The notes: generated by a model not told the origin, from the sequence alone. A stretch of 63,800 nt of DNA, filler included, from Folioceros fuciformis (GCA_049999805.1; 8 parts of 8 records of this genome joined end to end with filler, not necessarily neighbours in it), one strand, 5' to 3'. Positions 24,079 to 36,735 are shown, counted from the whole stretch's first letter. Translations and numbers: made by a program.

Positions 24079-24353
24079 CGATTGGTAGCTTCTAGGCTTG
24101 CAGCTGTATCTTAGTATCCAAATTGGGCAAGTGACACTGACCTATATGCTTGAGGTGTTTTTGTTGGGATAGCAAGGATCTAGGCCTTTATAAAAAGGTC
24201 ATACAATGTTCCCACACAATATGGGACATAAGTGTGCTAGGCACACTTGTACAACAAGATGGCACACAAGCCTACACACAAGTATGCACTACCCTTGGGT
24301 AGGCTAGGCCTTTATAAGCTCCTAGGCCTTCCATGTTATTGGTCCTTGACTTG

Positions 24354-24538
24354 TGTGGAGGCAAAACCCCGGGCACTGATTGCCGACGGGTTCCACCTTT
24401 AGTGGCCACACTTATCCCACTGTCGTTGAGACATTGGGTTTCGTTCCCACGAAGGAGCGATGGGGTTCCTTGCTGCTGTGGATGGAGGGTCGGACTTGAT
24501 CAACTCGATGATGGATTCGAGGGCTCCCCTCCAGCTCC
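24354..24538 (+). mobile_element. Terminus of a young LTR (TGTGGAGGCAAAACCCC...)
   Basis: Near-identical inverted copy at 25073-25257; both copies run into assembly gaps. Confidence 0.7.
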
Positions 24539-24865
24539 NNNNNNNNNNNNNNNNNNNNNNNNNNNNNNNNNNNNNNNNNNNNTTAATTAATTAANNNNNN
24601 NNNNNNNNNNNNNNNNNNNNNNNNNNNNNNNNNNNNNNGGTCCTCAAAAGTTGTAGTAGGATGCCCTCTATCGTGGGAAGAACCCTAAGATGGAAAGTGG
24701 TAGCATGCTATGAACGGGCGAGGTCCATGGTTAAAATGGTTCCAAACACATAATTAAAATGGTTTGATAGGATGTCCGGTCTATTTGATTTTTAACCTAT
24801 TTTGAGAAGTAATGCACATACACAGCATATTTAAATACTAATCTAATTTCTTTAAAAAGATTTGG

Positions 24866-24894
24866 ATTATTATTATTATTATTATTATTATTAT
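24866..24894. repeat. (ATT)n microsatellite
   Basis: About 9 ATT units. Confidence 0.9.
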
Positions 24895-25040
24895 CTAAAA
24901 ACATTTACTTAACTTCTTTTTCTTACTTGATAAATAAATANNNNNNNNNNNNNNNNNNNNNNNNNNNNNNNNNNNNNNNNNNNNNNNNNNNNNNNNNNNN
25001 NNNNNNNNNNNNNNNNNNNNNNNNNNNNNNNNNNNNNNNN

Positions 25041-25257
25041 GCCGGACAGCGAGGCTTGTCATACGCCTGATCGGAGCTGGAGGGGAGCCCTCAAATCCAT
25101 CATCGAGTCGATCAAGTCCGACCCTCCATCCACAGCAGCAAGGAACCCCATCGCTCCTTCGTGGGAACGAAACCCAATGTCTCAACGATAGTGGGATAAG
25201 TGTGGCCACTAAAGGTGGAACCCATCGGCAATCAGTGCCCGGGGTTTTGCCTCCACA
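25041..25257 (-). mobile_element. Terminus of the same young LTR, inserted in a Copia RT
   Basis: Interrupts FLHGELEEVLFMEQ at 25258. Confidence 0.7.
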
Positions 25258-27153
25258 GCTGTTCCATGAACAACACCTCTTCGAGCTCACCATGAAGAAA
25301 CGTTGTACAGACGTCCATCTGGTGCAGTTCTACATCAAACTTAGCTGCCATAGCAAGTAAGATTCGAACTAAGGGAGGCTTGACCACAGGGGAGAATGTA
25401 TCTCCATAGTCTATCCCAGGTATTTATGAAAACCCTCTTGCAACAAGTCTGGACTTGTAACGGGCAATTGTGCCATCTGACTTCAACTTGGTTTTAAAAA
25501 CCCATTTACAGGTGATAGGCTTTCTTCCAGGAGGAAAATCTGCAAGCTCCCAAGTATGGTTTTTGACCAGCGAATTATACTCGTCATTTATAGATACCTG
25601 CCAGTGTTCACCATATGGTCCATTTAAGGCTTCAGTGTAACTCTGTGGATCAGGCCTGATCTCTGGAACATGTAGGTCAGTAATATTTGCAGCATGTTTC
25701 CTGAAATCAATTGAGTTGTATGGGAGCTCACTCCACTCTTCCCTTGGTCGTCTGTCTCTAGTGGGATAACGAGGGGAAATAACTGGAGGAGTATTTGGGT
25801 CCACATCCACAGGTGGTACAAGCTCCTCATCAAGAGGATCAGAAAGATCAAGGACATTATCATTGTCCACTGAAACAAGAGAGTGTACATCATCACCAGA
25901 GTCCTCAACACCCAGGTCAGATGTGTCACTAATAGGGTCACTATTATCAACAGGGAGAGAATGGACATCATCGATGTCTAATTGTCTAGGTGGATCACCA
26001 TCTGAAGCAGGATAGTGCACAAAGAACTGCTGATCATCCTCAACTTCAAGTTCAGGAGTCTTATCCTGAACGGATTCAGTTGAGAGCATATCATCAACTG
26101 TAAGATTTGACCTAGGGGACAGTAGTTCCTTGAAAGTGGCACTTCTGGACAAAGTTATCTTTGCTATCACTGGATCAAATAGCTTGTATGCCTTTGACTC
26201 TTCTTAATAACCAAGGAAGATGAGAGACTTAGATTTGTCATCTAGCTTTCTCCGTTTTGGTTCAGGTATATAGGCAAAACCAGGTGAGCTGAAGACCTTC
26301 AAGTGTAACAGACTTGACTTTCGTCCCCAAAGAGCTTCGTAAGGTGTTCTACCAGGAAGAGCTGAAGTGACTACCCTATTAAGAATGTAAGTAGCACTCA
26401 CGATAGCCTCTGCCCAATACGTCTTAGGTAGAGCTGACCATGAGAGCATGCTTCTAACCATTCCCATTAGGGTTTGGTTTTTCCTCTCTGCAACACCGTT
26501 TTGTTGTTGGGTGTATGGGACGGAGAGCTGACGAACAATGCCAAATTATGTGAACAAGTCATCAAACTGATGTCCAGAGAACTCCCCGCCATTATCTATT
26601 TGGAAGCACTTGACGAGATGTCCACTTTGTCTCTGAACCATCACAATCCAGTTAGAGATGGTCTCAAAAACCTCACTCTTCAGTTTTAAAAGGAAGCTCC
26701 ACGTGTATCTGGAGAAGTCGTCAGTCAAAGTGAGGTAGTACTCTTCTCCTCCCAAGGATTTGACTGGTAACTTCCCAGCAATGTCTGCATGTATCAATTC
26801 CAGCACAGCCTTGGCCCGATTTGCAGTTTTATTCTTAAAGGGAAGCTCCTTTTGCTTTGACGGTATGCATGAGGTACATGCTGATAAGTGTTTGAAGCAG
26901 GAAGGTAGCTTCTCTCTGTAACAACTGGAGTTAGCCATAAAGTCAAGCTTATGGCGGTTAATATGACCAAGACGTGCATGCCAGAGATTGGCCTATGCAT
27001 GAGCTGCAGCTAGCAAGGCTTTGACCTTTGACTTTGGAATCGTAACTAGCTGATACAGATCATCAACAAGTACAGCCTTAGGAATGTGTCCTTCAGGTTC
27101 TACAAGTAAGTAAATGAACCATTTTTCATCTTCAAACCTGAAGCCATACTTTC
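25258..27153 (-). mobile_element. Ty1/Copia pol fragment (GAG-pre-integrase, integrase, RT N-terminus), same family as 12559-17040
   Basis: WHARLGH, LELIHADIAG, DNGGEF, DPQSYTEAL, KPITCKWVFKTK..YKSRLVARGF. Confidence 0.9.
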
Positions 27154-27427
27154 TGTTAAGGTGGAATAGTTTTCTTTTAACCTAACTCGATGGGTTAGTC
27201 TAACTTAACTAGGGTTAGACCAGGCCAGGTACATAAACATACACACAAATACCTTTTTATTATTCAACATACAATTTTTGATATAAGCTTTCGCTATTCC
27301 AAACATTGGAATCAAAGCCATGGATTTTTCTTTTTCTGAAATTGCTCTTGATAATGAGAGAATAGATCTACTGTTTAGGTGGTCTCTAGATCCTTGGTTC
27401 TAGAAACTTCTTTTATGAAAATTTGTA

Positions 27428-27964
27428 ATGGTAAGAGGTAGAGGTCGCCGGCCTCCGGTGTCTGTCTTTCAGCCTTCTCCTAATCTGAGTACACGAGTGA
27501 AGCAAGCTGTTAGAAAACCTGGAGTCTGGGGTGATACTCTGTCCTCCACAATAGATTACGTTAGATTTGCTCGAAAGGGGTTAAAGCAATCTTTCTCTTG
27601 TAATCAAAATCCTACGAGGAGGTCAACGAGAAGTTATGCTAGGAACCTATGTGCTCACAATCCTTGCGAACTGGAATTCTGTCAACAGATTTCGGCTGTG
27701 ATCCATGAATCCCTAGTCCCTATCCATGATTTGAGGCAGGTTGTGAGCAGGATTGTGGAGCTTCTTCTTCAATTTAGTGAAGAGGTGTGCAGTAGACTCA
27801 CAGCGATTGAAGATCTTCTGGAACAGAATTCTGTGGTAATTTCAGCACTATCTTCTCAGCAAGGACAGGTTCACATTGATTTCTCTGTTCGTAATCCAAT
27901 GGCTGCAATATATCTGCCTTCGATGAAGCCATCTTGCTCTGGGCGAGATGCCCCTCTTCTGTGA
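27428..27964 (+). CDS. Intact 178-aa extra ORF upstream of Copia gag (basic N-terminus, coiled coil)
   Basis: ATG ~110 bp after the PBS; MVRGRGRR; helical C-terminal half (LRQVVSRIVELL..RLTAIEDLLEQ); NPMAAIYLPSMKP. Homologue at 15975-16567. Confidence 0.6.
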   Translation: MVRGRGRRPPVSVFQPSPNLSTRVKQAVRKPGVWGDTLSSTIDYVRFARKGLKQSFSCNQNPTRRSTRSYARNLCAHNPCELEFCQQISAVIHESLVPIHDLRQVVSRIVELLLQFSEEVCSRLTAIEDLLEQNSVVISALSSQQGQVHIDFSVRNPMAAIYLPSMKPSCSGRDAPLL

Positions 27965-28575
27965 AGAATATTGAGATCCAAAGGGACGCGCGCCGTGGCA
28001 GGAATAACTAATTTTGTGATTCGCCTCTAGGCGCCGCCCCTGCTAGGTGTGGTTTGCAGAATCGGATCGGTGAGTGGGTGATTGGCTTTGGGAATTCTGC
28101 TGCCACATGTTCATGTCGCGCTTCTGCCTCGCGTCCGTCGCGATGAGACGCTGTAACTTGTCATTTTGATACTTTACTTTTTAAGTTGGCATTTCGTCCC
28201 TTGTGTTTAAGTTGTCGATTCGGCCTCCGTTCGTTTTGTTTTTAAGTTCCTTCTTTATAAAACAGCTTAAGTTGAGGTTTTGTTTAAGAAAAGGAATTTC
28301 GAATAGTTTTCTATCAGTCTAGTTTTGAGAGGTAGCTTACCTTTTGCTAGATTGTGCATGTCCACTTCTTCTTCAAGTAGTGAGTCTGACTTTGTAGTTG
28401 AGTCTCATCCTACAGATAGATATGCCTCCACTGATTCAGAAGCTGAAGAACAAGTCAGATTACATGCACAACTCACACAATCACGTTTGAGCTAGCACAC
28501 TTGAGAGCTAGTTCTGTTCTCCCTTCTCCACCTGTACACTCAATACCTCCTCCTGTGGTTTCTATTTCTCCTATC

Positions 28576-30503
28576 ATGGCAACTCTAGGAACTACATATT
28601 GTGGAGAGTTTAAAGAAAAGGACCGGTTTGATGGAAAAGCTTCCCATTTTGAGTGCAGGCGTGCCCGGATGCAAGACTTCTTGGCTGCCAGAGATGTGTG
28701 GGAGTATGTTGACGGTTCTCTTCCCAAACCTGATCTTTCAAATCCAGGTGTAACGCAAGACATGGTGGATAAGTGGAGAAAGGGAAATAAAATAGCTTTT
28801 GCTATTCTGCTCTCAGGCTTGGATGAAACAACTGTTATTGAGGTAGAGTCCTTACCTACAGCTGCCGATGTTTGGAAGCAGCTCAAGGCTACGTATCAGG
28901 TGCAGAACATTCTCACCCTTGTGCATGCAAGAAATGGGTTCTATGGCTTGAAGTTGCGTCATGGAGATCCAGTGGGACCACATATTGTGAAGTTCCACCA
29001 TCTGCATTCCTAGTTAGCAACTCTTGGATGCAGTATGACCAAAGTGGATGCAGTTGCTCAATTGCTTTCCAGCTTACCAACTTCTTATCAGAACTTCGTG
29101 TCAAGCCAAAATACCTCCATTTGAGCATCTTATCAAGCTGTGAGTGCTGGTAAACCTTCCCTTATAACGTTGAATGACTTGATTGGGGCTCTCCTGCAAG
29201 AGGAACAAAGCCACCAAAAGTCATGGCCTTCGTCTCGCCTCCGGGGAGAGAAGGTGCTTTACGTTTTGAAAGGAAAGGGACCAGGGCACAACAATAAGAA
29301 CAAGAAAGGGGGGAGTTCATCCAGCCAGTCTTCTCCTCCTCCTGTCAAGCGCGAAGGCGCCTGCAATTGGTGTCAAATCCATGGGCATTGGGAGCGTGAT
29401 TGCAGGAAGAAAAAGGCAGGTGAACCTAAGAAGGAGGCTCGCCCTTTGGCTCATGTTAGTACCAAGGGAGCACCTTCTGGACAACAGCAACATAAAAGCA
29501 GCAGTGTTGTGTTGAATGTGTGTCTCATCTCAAGCAAGGAGAATTCATCTATGTGGTTTGTGGATTCTGGATCTACTTCACATATTTGCAATAACAGGAA
29601 GCTATTTTCTAAGTTCAGCTATCAATCACCTTTTCATACTGTCTATGTTGGTGATTCTAGAGGACTTGAAGTGGAGGGTAGTGGTCAGGCTAGCATACCT
29701 TTGCTAGATGGCACTAGTTTGCAGCTCTTTGATGTGTTGTATGTACCTACCATGAGTAAGAATTTGCTTTCTGTTAGAGTAGTCACTTCTGCTGGTGACT
29801 TTGGCTTTAGCTTTGAACATGGGCATTGTTACATATATAGAATACACTTGCCATGGGAATACGTTGCTGAAGCTACCTTAGTTGATAATTTGTATCAGCT
29901 AGATCCTTCCCCTCCTTCCTCTCTTAGTGCCCAAGCTCTAGTGGCATCTTCTTCTCTTCAAGCTAGTTTGTGGTCTAGAATGGTCCCGAGTTGGTTTCTC
30001 TTCATGCGCGTTTAGGTCATGTCAATAAGGCTAAGCTTAATCTCATGTCTCACTCAAGCTGCTATCGTGAGGAGCTGCCTCCTTGCTTCAAGCACCTTGC
30101 TTCCTGCAGTGCGTGTATTTTGTCTAAGCAAAAGGAGCTTCCTTTCAAAAATCAAATGGCAACTCGGGCCAAAACAGTCTTGGAGCTTATACATGCAGAT
30201 TTGGCGGGGAAACTTCCATTGAAGTCACTTGGTGGGTCTGAGTATTACCTCTCTCTCACAGATGATTATTCACGTTATACATGGACTTTTCCGCTGCAAC
30301 TGAAGAGTGATGTTTTTGAGCATATTTCCTCTTGGATTACTATGGTTCAAAGACAAACAGGGCATTTGGTTAAGTGCTTTCGCATGGATAATGGTGGAGA
30401 ATTTACTGGACATGGGTTTGATGACCTCTTTCAACATTATGGGATTATTCGCCAAGTTTCTGTTGCATATACTCAACAACAAAATGGAGTTGCGGAGAGG
30501 AAG
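28576..30503 (+). pseudogene. Copia gag-protease-integrase, disrupted
   Basis: ORFs 28501-29013, 29140-30015 and 29991-30503; in-frame stops at 29011 and 29122, frameshift near 29990. Confidence 0.9.
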
Positions 30504-31517
30504 NNNNNNNNNNNNNNNNNNNNNNNNNNNNNNNNNNNNNNNNNNNNTTAATTAATTAANNNNNNNNNNNNNNNNNNNNNNNNNNNNNNNNNNNNNNNNN
30601 NNNTGTGCAGCTGCTGCTTGGGTTCCACTTTGCTCACTGCTGGCCGAATCTGGTTGTTCTTGTGCACAGGATGGTGGCGCCTCATAGCAGATGGATTCTA
30701 TTGGGTCACCTTCGTAAGGGCTCCACCTGCGCCTCTCCGTCTGCTTCAACCTGGCCATGGCAGTGTGTGTGATTCGGATTGGTGTGTGTGTGGTGTTTCC
30801 TTCAGCGCCTGCGCTCTTAAGGCTGCTTGCCCATGTTTCTTTTATGCTCCCAGCCGCGCGTGTGGGCATCGTTCTATTGCTTATATGTGAAGCCCGTGAA
30901 TTTGTTGTCCATAAACGTTGTCGCGGGTTGTTGGTGTTTTCGTACTTAAAGCCTTAAAGCATGTTGGGCTTTAGTGGTGTTGAGTATGGTAAACCCAACA
31001 TGGGTTAGCCTAACTTAGGTTAGTTAACCTGTGGTTAGCTATATAGTTTATTATTTTAAACCCTAAACATTTATATATGTGCTCTCTTGACTTCTTATAA
31101 TGTAATGAACTATTCGTATGCTTTCTAGCTTCCGCTGTATGTTTTCAGGATCCTCTACAACCTTGTCCCCTGCAGCCTAGATTGTCGGTTCAGCGACGCG
31201 GTTGGGAGCCTTCCAGTGCCCAGCCCAAATCCACAGAGACCAAGTTCTTGCCTCACCATCAATCTAGCATCGGTCTTGTAATTTCTGCGTGCCTAGCTCC
31301 ATTTGTCACAGCCCTGGCGATCTAGTCAAGGTCTCAAGACCTAGGCGTCCTTCTACTCTATCCCCTTGACACAAAAAACCACAACACCTCTAGACCCTCG
31401 AGTGGTTGATCTCCACTGCACCTTCAACTCTCCTCACAACCTAGCCCTTGCTGGTGTTGGCCAAGCAAAGCTCCCAGCCTCCTCCAATGCCCTAGTCATC
31501 ACCCGCTACATGAGATG

Positions 31518-31648
31518 ACATTCGTTGCATGAGACACACGTTAATGCCACGAGACATTCGTTGNNNNNNNNNNGACATTCGTTGCATGAGACACACGTTA
31601 ATGCCACGAGACATTCGTTGCATGAGACACACGTTAATGCCACGAGAC
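31518..31648. repeat. 36-bp minisatellite (GACATTCGTTGCATGAGACACACGTTAATGCCACGA)
   Basis: At least 3 copies around a 10-N gap. Confidence 0.9.
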
Positions 31649-32679
31649 AGCCGGTTGATCCCTACCCGAGGTAGCTGGTTAATAAATCACCTAAGTCAAT
31701 ATTTAATATTATCTAAATTAATTAAGTGAGGTATATATAATAACTATTATTGAACTGAAAGCCAAACCTATACCCAAACCTAATATTAAACCAAACCTGT
31801 GGTGCAATACCAAAGCCAAGTTTTCTTAGGCTCGGTACCAAACCTAGTCCCATCTAGGTGATAGTAGTGCCCTCCATTCTCTAGTCAATTAATCCAACTC
31901 TAGTTGTCACTTGGTCAGTTAGCCTAACTAATAGCAGGAATGGGGAAAATCAAAAGGAAATAAAACTAAAAATAAAAGGAGAAAAGGAAACCTTACTAAG
32001 ACGCATATGATCCTTCCTTGACCAAACTAAACTAGTGCCCCAAAATTTAGTGTTTCACAAGTGCTAAGGAAGATTGATTATAAATAGTGTGGAGGGTCAG
32101 TGTGGATCGGTAATGGAGGGAAGTGATGAGGTGTTTGTGACCCTAATGTGCATCTACCAGTGAGATATGGGTGTAAAATTACATGAGTGTGGCTTGGTGT
32201 GCATGAGAATTAGCATGCACATGCCATAGCTCCCTAATAGACGTGAGAGGAAAACCCGCGCCATCCAAACGCCGCAATGCGCGAGTGTGCCAAATGGGTG
32301 GGTACTACCTTGGTGGCTAAATTCACTACCACAGGGGCTGAACCTACTATGGTGGCGAAGCCAGGTTTGGTGGTGGTGCACTCAAGTACGGTGGTTGATT
32401 ACGTCAGGGTAGGAACTCACTTTAGGAAGACTAGAACCCATAGATTTAGAACAACTTAACACAAACCATTCCCTTGGGAAGGAATCCTAGGACTACAACG
32501 ACATAGAGGGTGAATGTGGACCTCCTTGTGTCCCTAGACGCAAAATATCACTCCACAATGGTCACACTGTTTCATCCAACATCTTGCACCACATAATGAC
32601 TATCTTGAACTCCCAAGTTGTATTCAATTCAGTATAATGGAAAGCTAGAGCACTTAAAGAATCTTCTACAAAATCCAAC

Positions 32680-33540
32680 TTGCTAGCGTGGCTCTGTGCA
32701 ATGAATAGCATAATGCCCCGGCATACCACAATTGAAGCAACAGCCTGAGCAGCCACCATTTGTGGATGCAGGGACGAATCAGGTTTCCAAGGTCTTGGAG
32801 ATGTCGGACAAGGTCCATACCTCCTCAATCTAGGAGGTCCTAGTGGTTGAAAGGATGGGCGAATGGACTGTGGTGGACAAGGAATAGTTACAGCTTGCAC
32901 CTGGTAGGAGTCATCCACGTACCAATAATCTCTTGGTAGGTAGGCTTCCACTTGATTGACAGAGTGGTGGGAAGCCTTGGTGCACTCTTGGTTGGTATGT
33001 CCTGATTAATGACAAATTGAATAGTACACCAACTGCCTGCCCGATGAAGGTGACCTCCTTGGTGCTTAGTTGTGTACGACCTTCATCTCGAACTCAGATA
33101 GTCTCCTCGTCAATGCCTCAACCTGATTTGTCAGTCCTCCACCACTTTAGGACAATTCACCTCTCTCCATCCTATATGATCCTTTGCCTCTCCGATCCTT
33201 CTTAAATTTTACGGTCCTCATCCTCCTCACGCCTCTTGCGTGCTCTCTCCAAATCCTTCCTCATCCTCTTCTTATAAGCCCTATTAGACTCCTCATTGGT
33301 ATAAGAATCCTATACAAGGCTATCATAATCCATATCAGAATGAAATGGTGACTTAGACTTAAAGATAATGAGGGTTTGGGGATGTTGTCTTGACCTCCTC
33401 TGATACCCATACTTCTGGTTCTACCTCCTCTTCTTCCTACTCAACTTCGACAGCAAAAAATCTTCAGCATCCTTCAAAGCCTTCTGCAAACTGATCACAC
33501 CCCTTGTGCAGTAGGTTGCTATCCTATTAGACAATTCTCC
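32680..33540 (-). pseudogene. Gypsy gag C-terminal fragment with CCHC knuckles
   Basis: CFNCGMPGHYAIHC near 32695-32738 and a second decayed knuckle (ICH*SGHTNQEC) near 32980-33016. Confidence 0.65.
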
Positions 33541-33723
33541 TGAAGAAATGAGAGTGTTGTCATGATTAGAGTTTAGTGGGTAGAGTTAATTATTATTAAT
33601 TATCTAGCTAATACCCATTCGTTAGGGTTGCACTCTTAGGTTGAACATACACACCTTTTTAGTTATAAGTTTAGGGTTGTCTCTCAACATATATAGCTAT
33701 ACACATTTATTGCAAGTAATGTA

Positions 33724-33950
33724 ATGGGTTTAGGGTTTGGTGTTTGGAACATCATTGTGGAGCAAAATGGACTAGGGTTTTATCCGCATCTTGGATCAAA
33801 ATGGGTTTAGGGTTTAGTGACATAGCAGAGCAGAATAGGTTTAGGGTTTAGCAACATGATGGAGAAAAATGGGTTTAGGGCTTTATGAGCATTGTGGAGT
33901 TAAATAAGTTTAGGGTTGAACGACATAGCGGAGCATGATGGCATAGAGTG
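33724..33950. repeat. Degenerate ~36-40 bp satellite with GGGTTTAGGGTTT cores
   Basis: Six units of the form AAAATGGGTTTAGGGTTT..CAT..GGAG. Confidence 0.7.
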
Positions 33951-34419
33951 GAGCATATGGAGGGCATCACAAGGTTATGGACTACAATAAGGAGTACAAC
34001 TGTTTGGTTTTGATCTTTTTACAAGAGTTTCTACATGCCTCTATCATATAATGCGTGACACCTAGCCTTTATCCATCAAGGGAACCCTTTGCGCAGTGTG
34101 TTCTCGACTTTGTTCCGAGGACAAGGGGGTGAAATGTCATATTTGTCATAAGCATAAGGACTTCGACATGACCACTTAGGTGGCACAAGTGCGACTTGCT
34201 TCTTCTTCCAAATCAACTGCCAACCCTCTTCCGACAGATCCCTTGGGGCCGCCCCCAGAGGCTTGGTTGTGGCTTTGAGGGCAATCTAATCACTTGTCAG
34301 TTCTTTTCTATGCTCGTTTTCCATGTCCTCGCCTCTTCCGACTGCTCCCTAGGTGCCTACATGATGATATCTACCTTGCTTATTGTCTTCCCTTGGATTG
34401 ACTTGGAGGATGCTTGGAT

Positions 34420-35468
34420 TTTGTTCCTTTTGTTAAGAATGCTTTCAACACCATCTCCAGGGTTGTCATCTTCTCAGAGCTCAAGAGTGCAGGAGGTCAA
34501 TTCGCAAGTCTCATCCTTTTATTCACTCCTTCTATGGCTCGCCATCCAAGCTCTACTACCAACACGGCTCTACTATTGAAGGTGTCTCAATTTTTTATGC
34601 AGCAACAAGCATGAGGCAAGAGGATCGGTTGGGAGGTTCGTTTTGCAATGGCACATTTTTTAGCGTTGTCTTCTACTGCCTTAGCATTTTGGGAATGCCT
34701 TTCCCCGTCTGTAGCTCATGACATTCATATTCTTGGGCAAGGAGTCACAAACAAAGCAGCATTTGATTTCTTCTTGTCAGAGCTCTCCAAGGTGGGGTTG
34801 GGTTAAGCTATCTAAATGCAGGGTTTGGTCCCCTTCAGGCATCACTCCTCCCCCTTTAATACTCGGGGGGGGGGGGGGAGGGATATCACCGCTTCGCAGG
34901 GACTTTGAGTCTTGGGTGTTCCCATGGGACCTCCTGATTTTGTTTGTAGGTTTGTGGATGCAACGTTGGATGAAGATTTGGCTCATATCATGACCCTCTC
35001 ACAAATCAGTGATCCTCATATTGCGTTTGGTATTCTTTCTTCTTGTTTTGTGTGGCGACTAGGTTACCCCACTCGAACTATTGCGCCTTACCCAGTTTTC
35101 TTATCAAGTCTCAGGAAGTTTGACAATCAAGTTATGCAAGCTCTTGGGGACCTCATAGGTCTTGGCACCTTCGAATGCGCCGTTGGTGATTTGACTTGGA
35201 AGCAAGCTTTCTTGCCGATCGCCTGTAGAGGGGTTAGCCCAGCTGCCTTAGTAGTTGGGCCCTCTTGGCTCCAATTTTGGCCTCTCAATTTTTGCTGCAA
35301 GATTTCCCTCTTCTTGAAGGTTTTATCTCAGGCATTAAGGAGGTTGTTTTCCCTTTACAGGTATCTCTTAGGTGAGCGAGGGATTTTTTACCTTTGGAGG
35401 CTTATGAGGCTCTACTTTCTTTCACCTCCTTTCCAGAAAAGGGTTGAGGCATCGAGGGGTCTCCAAGC
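34420..35468 (+). mobile_element. Second degenerate CRE-like non-LTR RT
   Basis: VKNAFNTISR, MRQEDRLGG (GTRQGDPLGG-like), SPSVAHDIHILG, LGVPMGPPDFV..DPHIAFGIL. Colinear with 3090-4220. Confidence 0.75.
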
Positions 35469-36735
35469 TAAAGGAATACATGTGTTGGATAGATGATTAG
35501 GGTTCNNNNNNNNNNNNNNNNNNNNNNNNNNNNNNNNNNNNNNNNNNNNTTAATTAATTAANNNNNNNNNNNNNNNNNNNNNNNNNNNNNNNNNNNNNNN
35601 NNNNNTGTTTGTCTGGATGGACTTCATTTGCCCTGGGAGATTGTGGGGTGGGGGTGGTGTTGTGGTTTGAGCGAAAGAGGTAGGGAGTGGAGCAAGCCGT
35701 CACTTTTGGTTTACACCAGAGGTTGTCTGTCTGTGCTCAGACAGCCGGGGCTCTACTCTTCGGTAAATTGCTGGCAACTCTTTTTGAACCTGAACACCTT
35801 CCAGCAATCGAGAGTCACAGACATTTAGGTTAGCGCTGCTAATACTGATTTTTTCGGTAAGAACAGCAGTTCTCGTGCTTTAAACTTTGCGTGACGATGA
35901 CTTCTTACATCTCCTGGTCTACCCCTGAACGTCTTTCCTGCCAGCGGAAGCTTTTCGTCGTGTATTTATGATTCGTTTGTTTCCCGTGCGTGGCCGAAGA
36001 ATAATTCTGTGGGATCAGGACATGGTTGTCTGCGTAAAGTTCATGTCTGATTGCCTGTCTCGTTCTTCCTCCTCTTTTTCCCTGCCTCACTCACGTCAGA
36101 ATGAAAGCCTCCCGAACTAAATGAGTTAGTCCACTACGTCCATCATGGCTTATGAAGAGCATGCGCATTCTTATGCTCTCTATTTGCTCATGCTTACGTC
36201 CTATGTGCGTATTACTCGACTGGTTTCACCTTGGGTTTGTGAAGGAGCCTTGAGAGTTATATCAGGTGTGGTGGGAAGGCTTAGGTTTTGAATGAATGTT
36301 GTATCTTTCATACATGGCCCAGATCTCTCAAAGCCTTCTTGTGTTCCTGCAATCATGTCACGTGATGCCTGCCCTCTCTCCCACTCCTCAAACCTGAGGG
36401 TTCATTAAAGAAAAAATGCTGTCATGTGTTTCTCGCGGCACCTTAGAACTGTCTTCTTTCCATCGGTTTTATTCTAGTCATTCTCTCTAATACGTAGGTC
36501 ATGTTGTCAAGAACCAAATGTTCGTCAGGGCTATGCTCCAATTGGTTATGTCAAACGGGGCGTCCTTTGCTCATTTCCTACAAGGTCTGAGAAACAGCAT
36601 GATTTACACTCTCCCTATGTGATGGGAATGGAAGTCTTAGTTGTTGGATAGATGCTCTGTTGTTACCCTTGTTGTTGGTGGACTATTAGAAGTTCCCAGT
36701 TAGAACTGATTTTGCTGTTCTGAGCTTCCTCGCAG

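Larger units (their letters stand above)
27154..30503 (+). mobile_element. Ty1/Copia element nested in opposite orientation in a relative; 152-bp 5' LTR 27154-27305, PBS 27307-27319
   Basis: TGTTAAGG...CCAAACA followed by TGGAATCAAAGCC (Met-PBS variant), then extra ORF, gag, CNWCQIHGHWERDC, VDSGSTSHIC and integrase up to the contig end. Confidence 0.9.

Noticed and set aside
24354-25257. ~185-bp inverted pair resembling a long-TIR transposon
   Set aside because: The copies lie on different contigs and their flanks differ (ACTTG vs GCTGT). Better explained as two separate insertions of one young LTR.
30955-31159. Possible additional small solo LTR
   Set aside because: LTR-like composition and a CA end, but no convincing start or TSD could be fixed.
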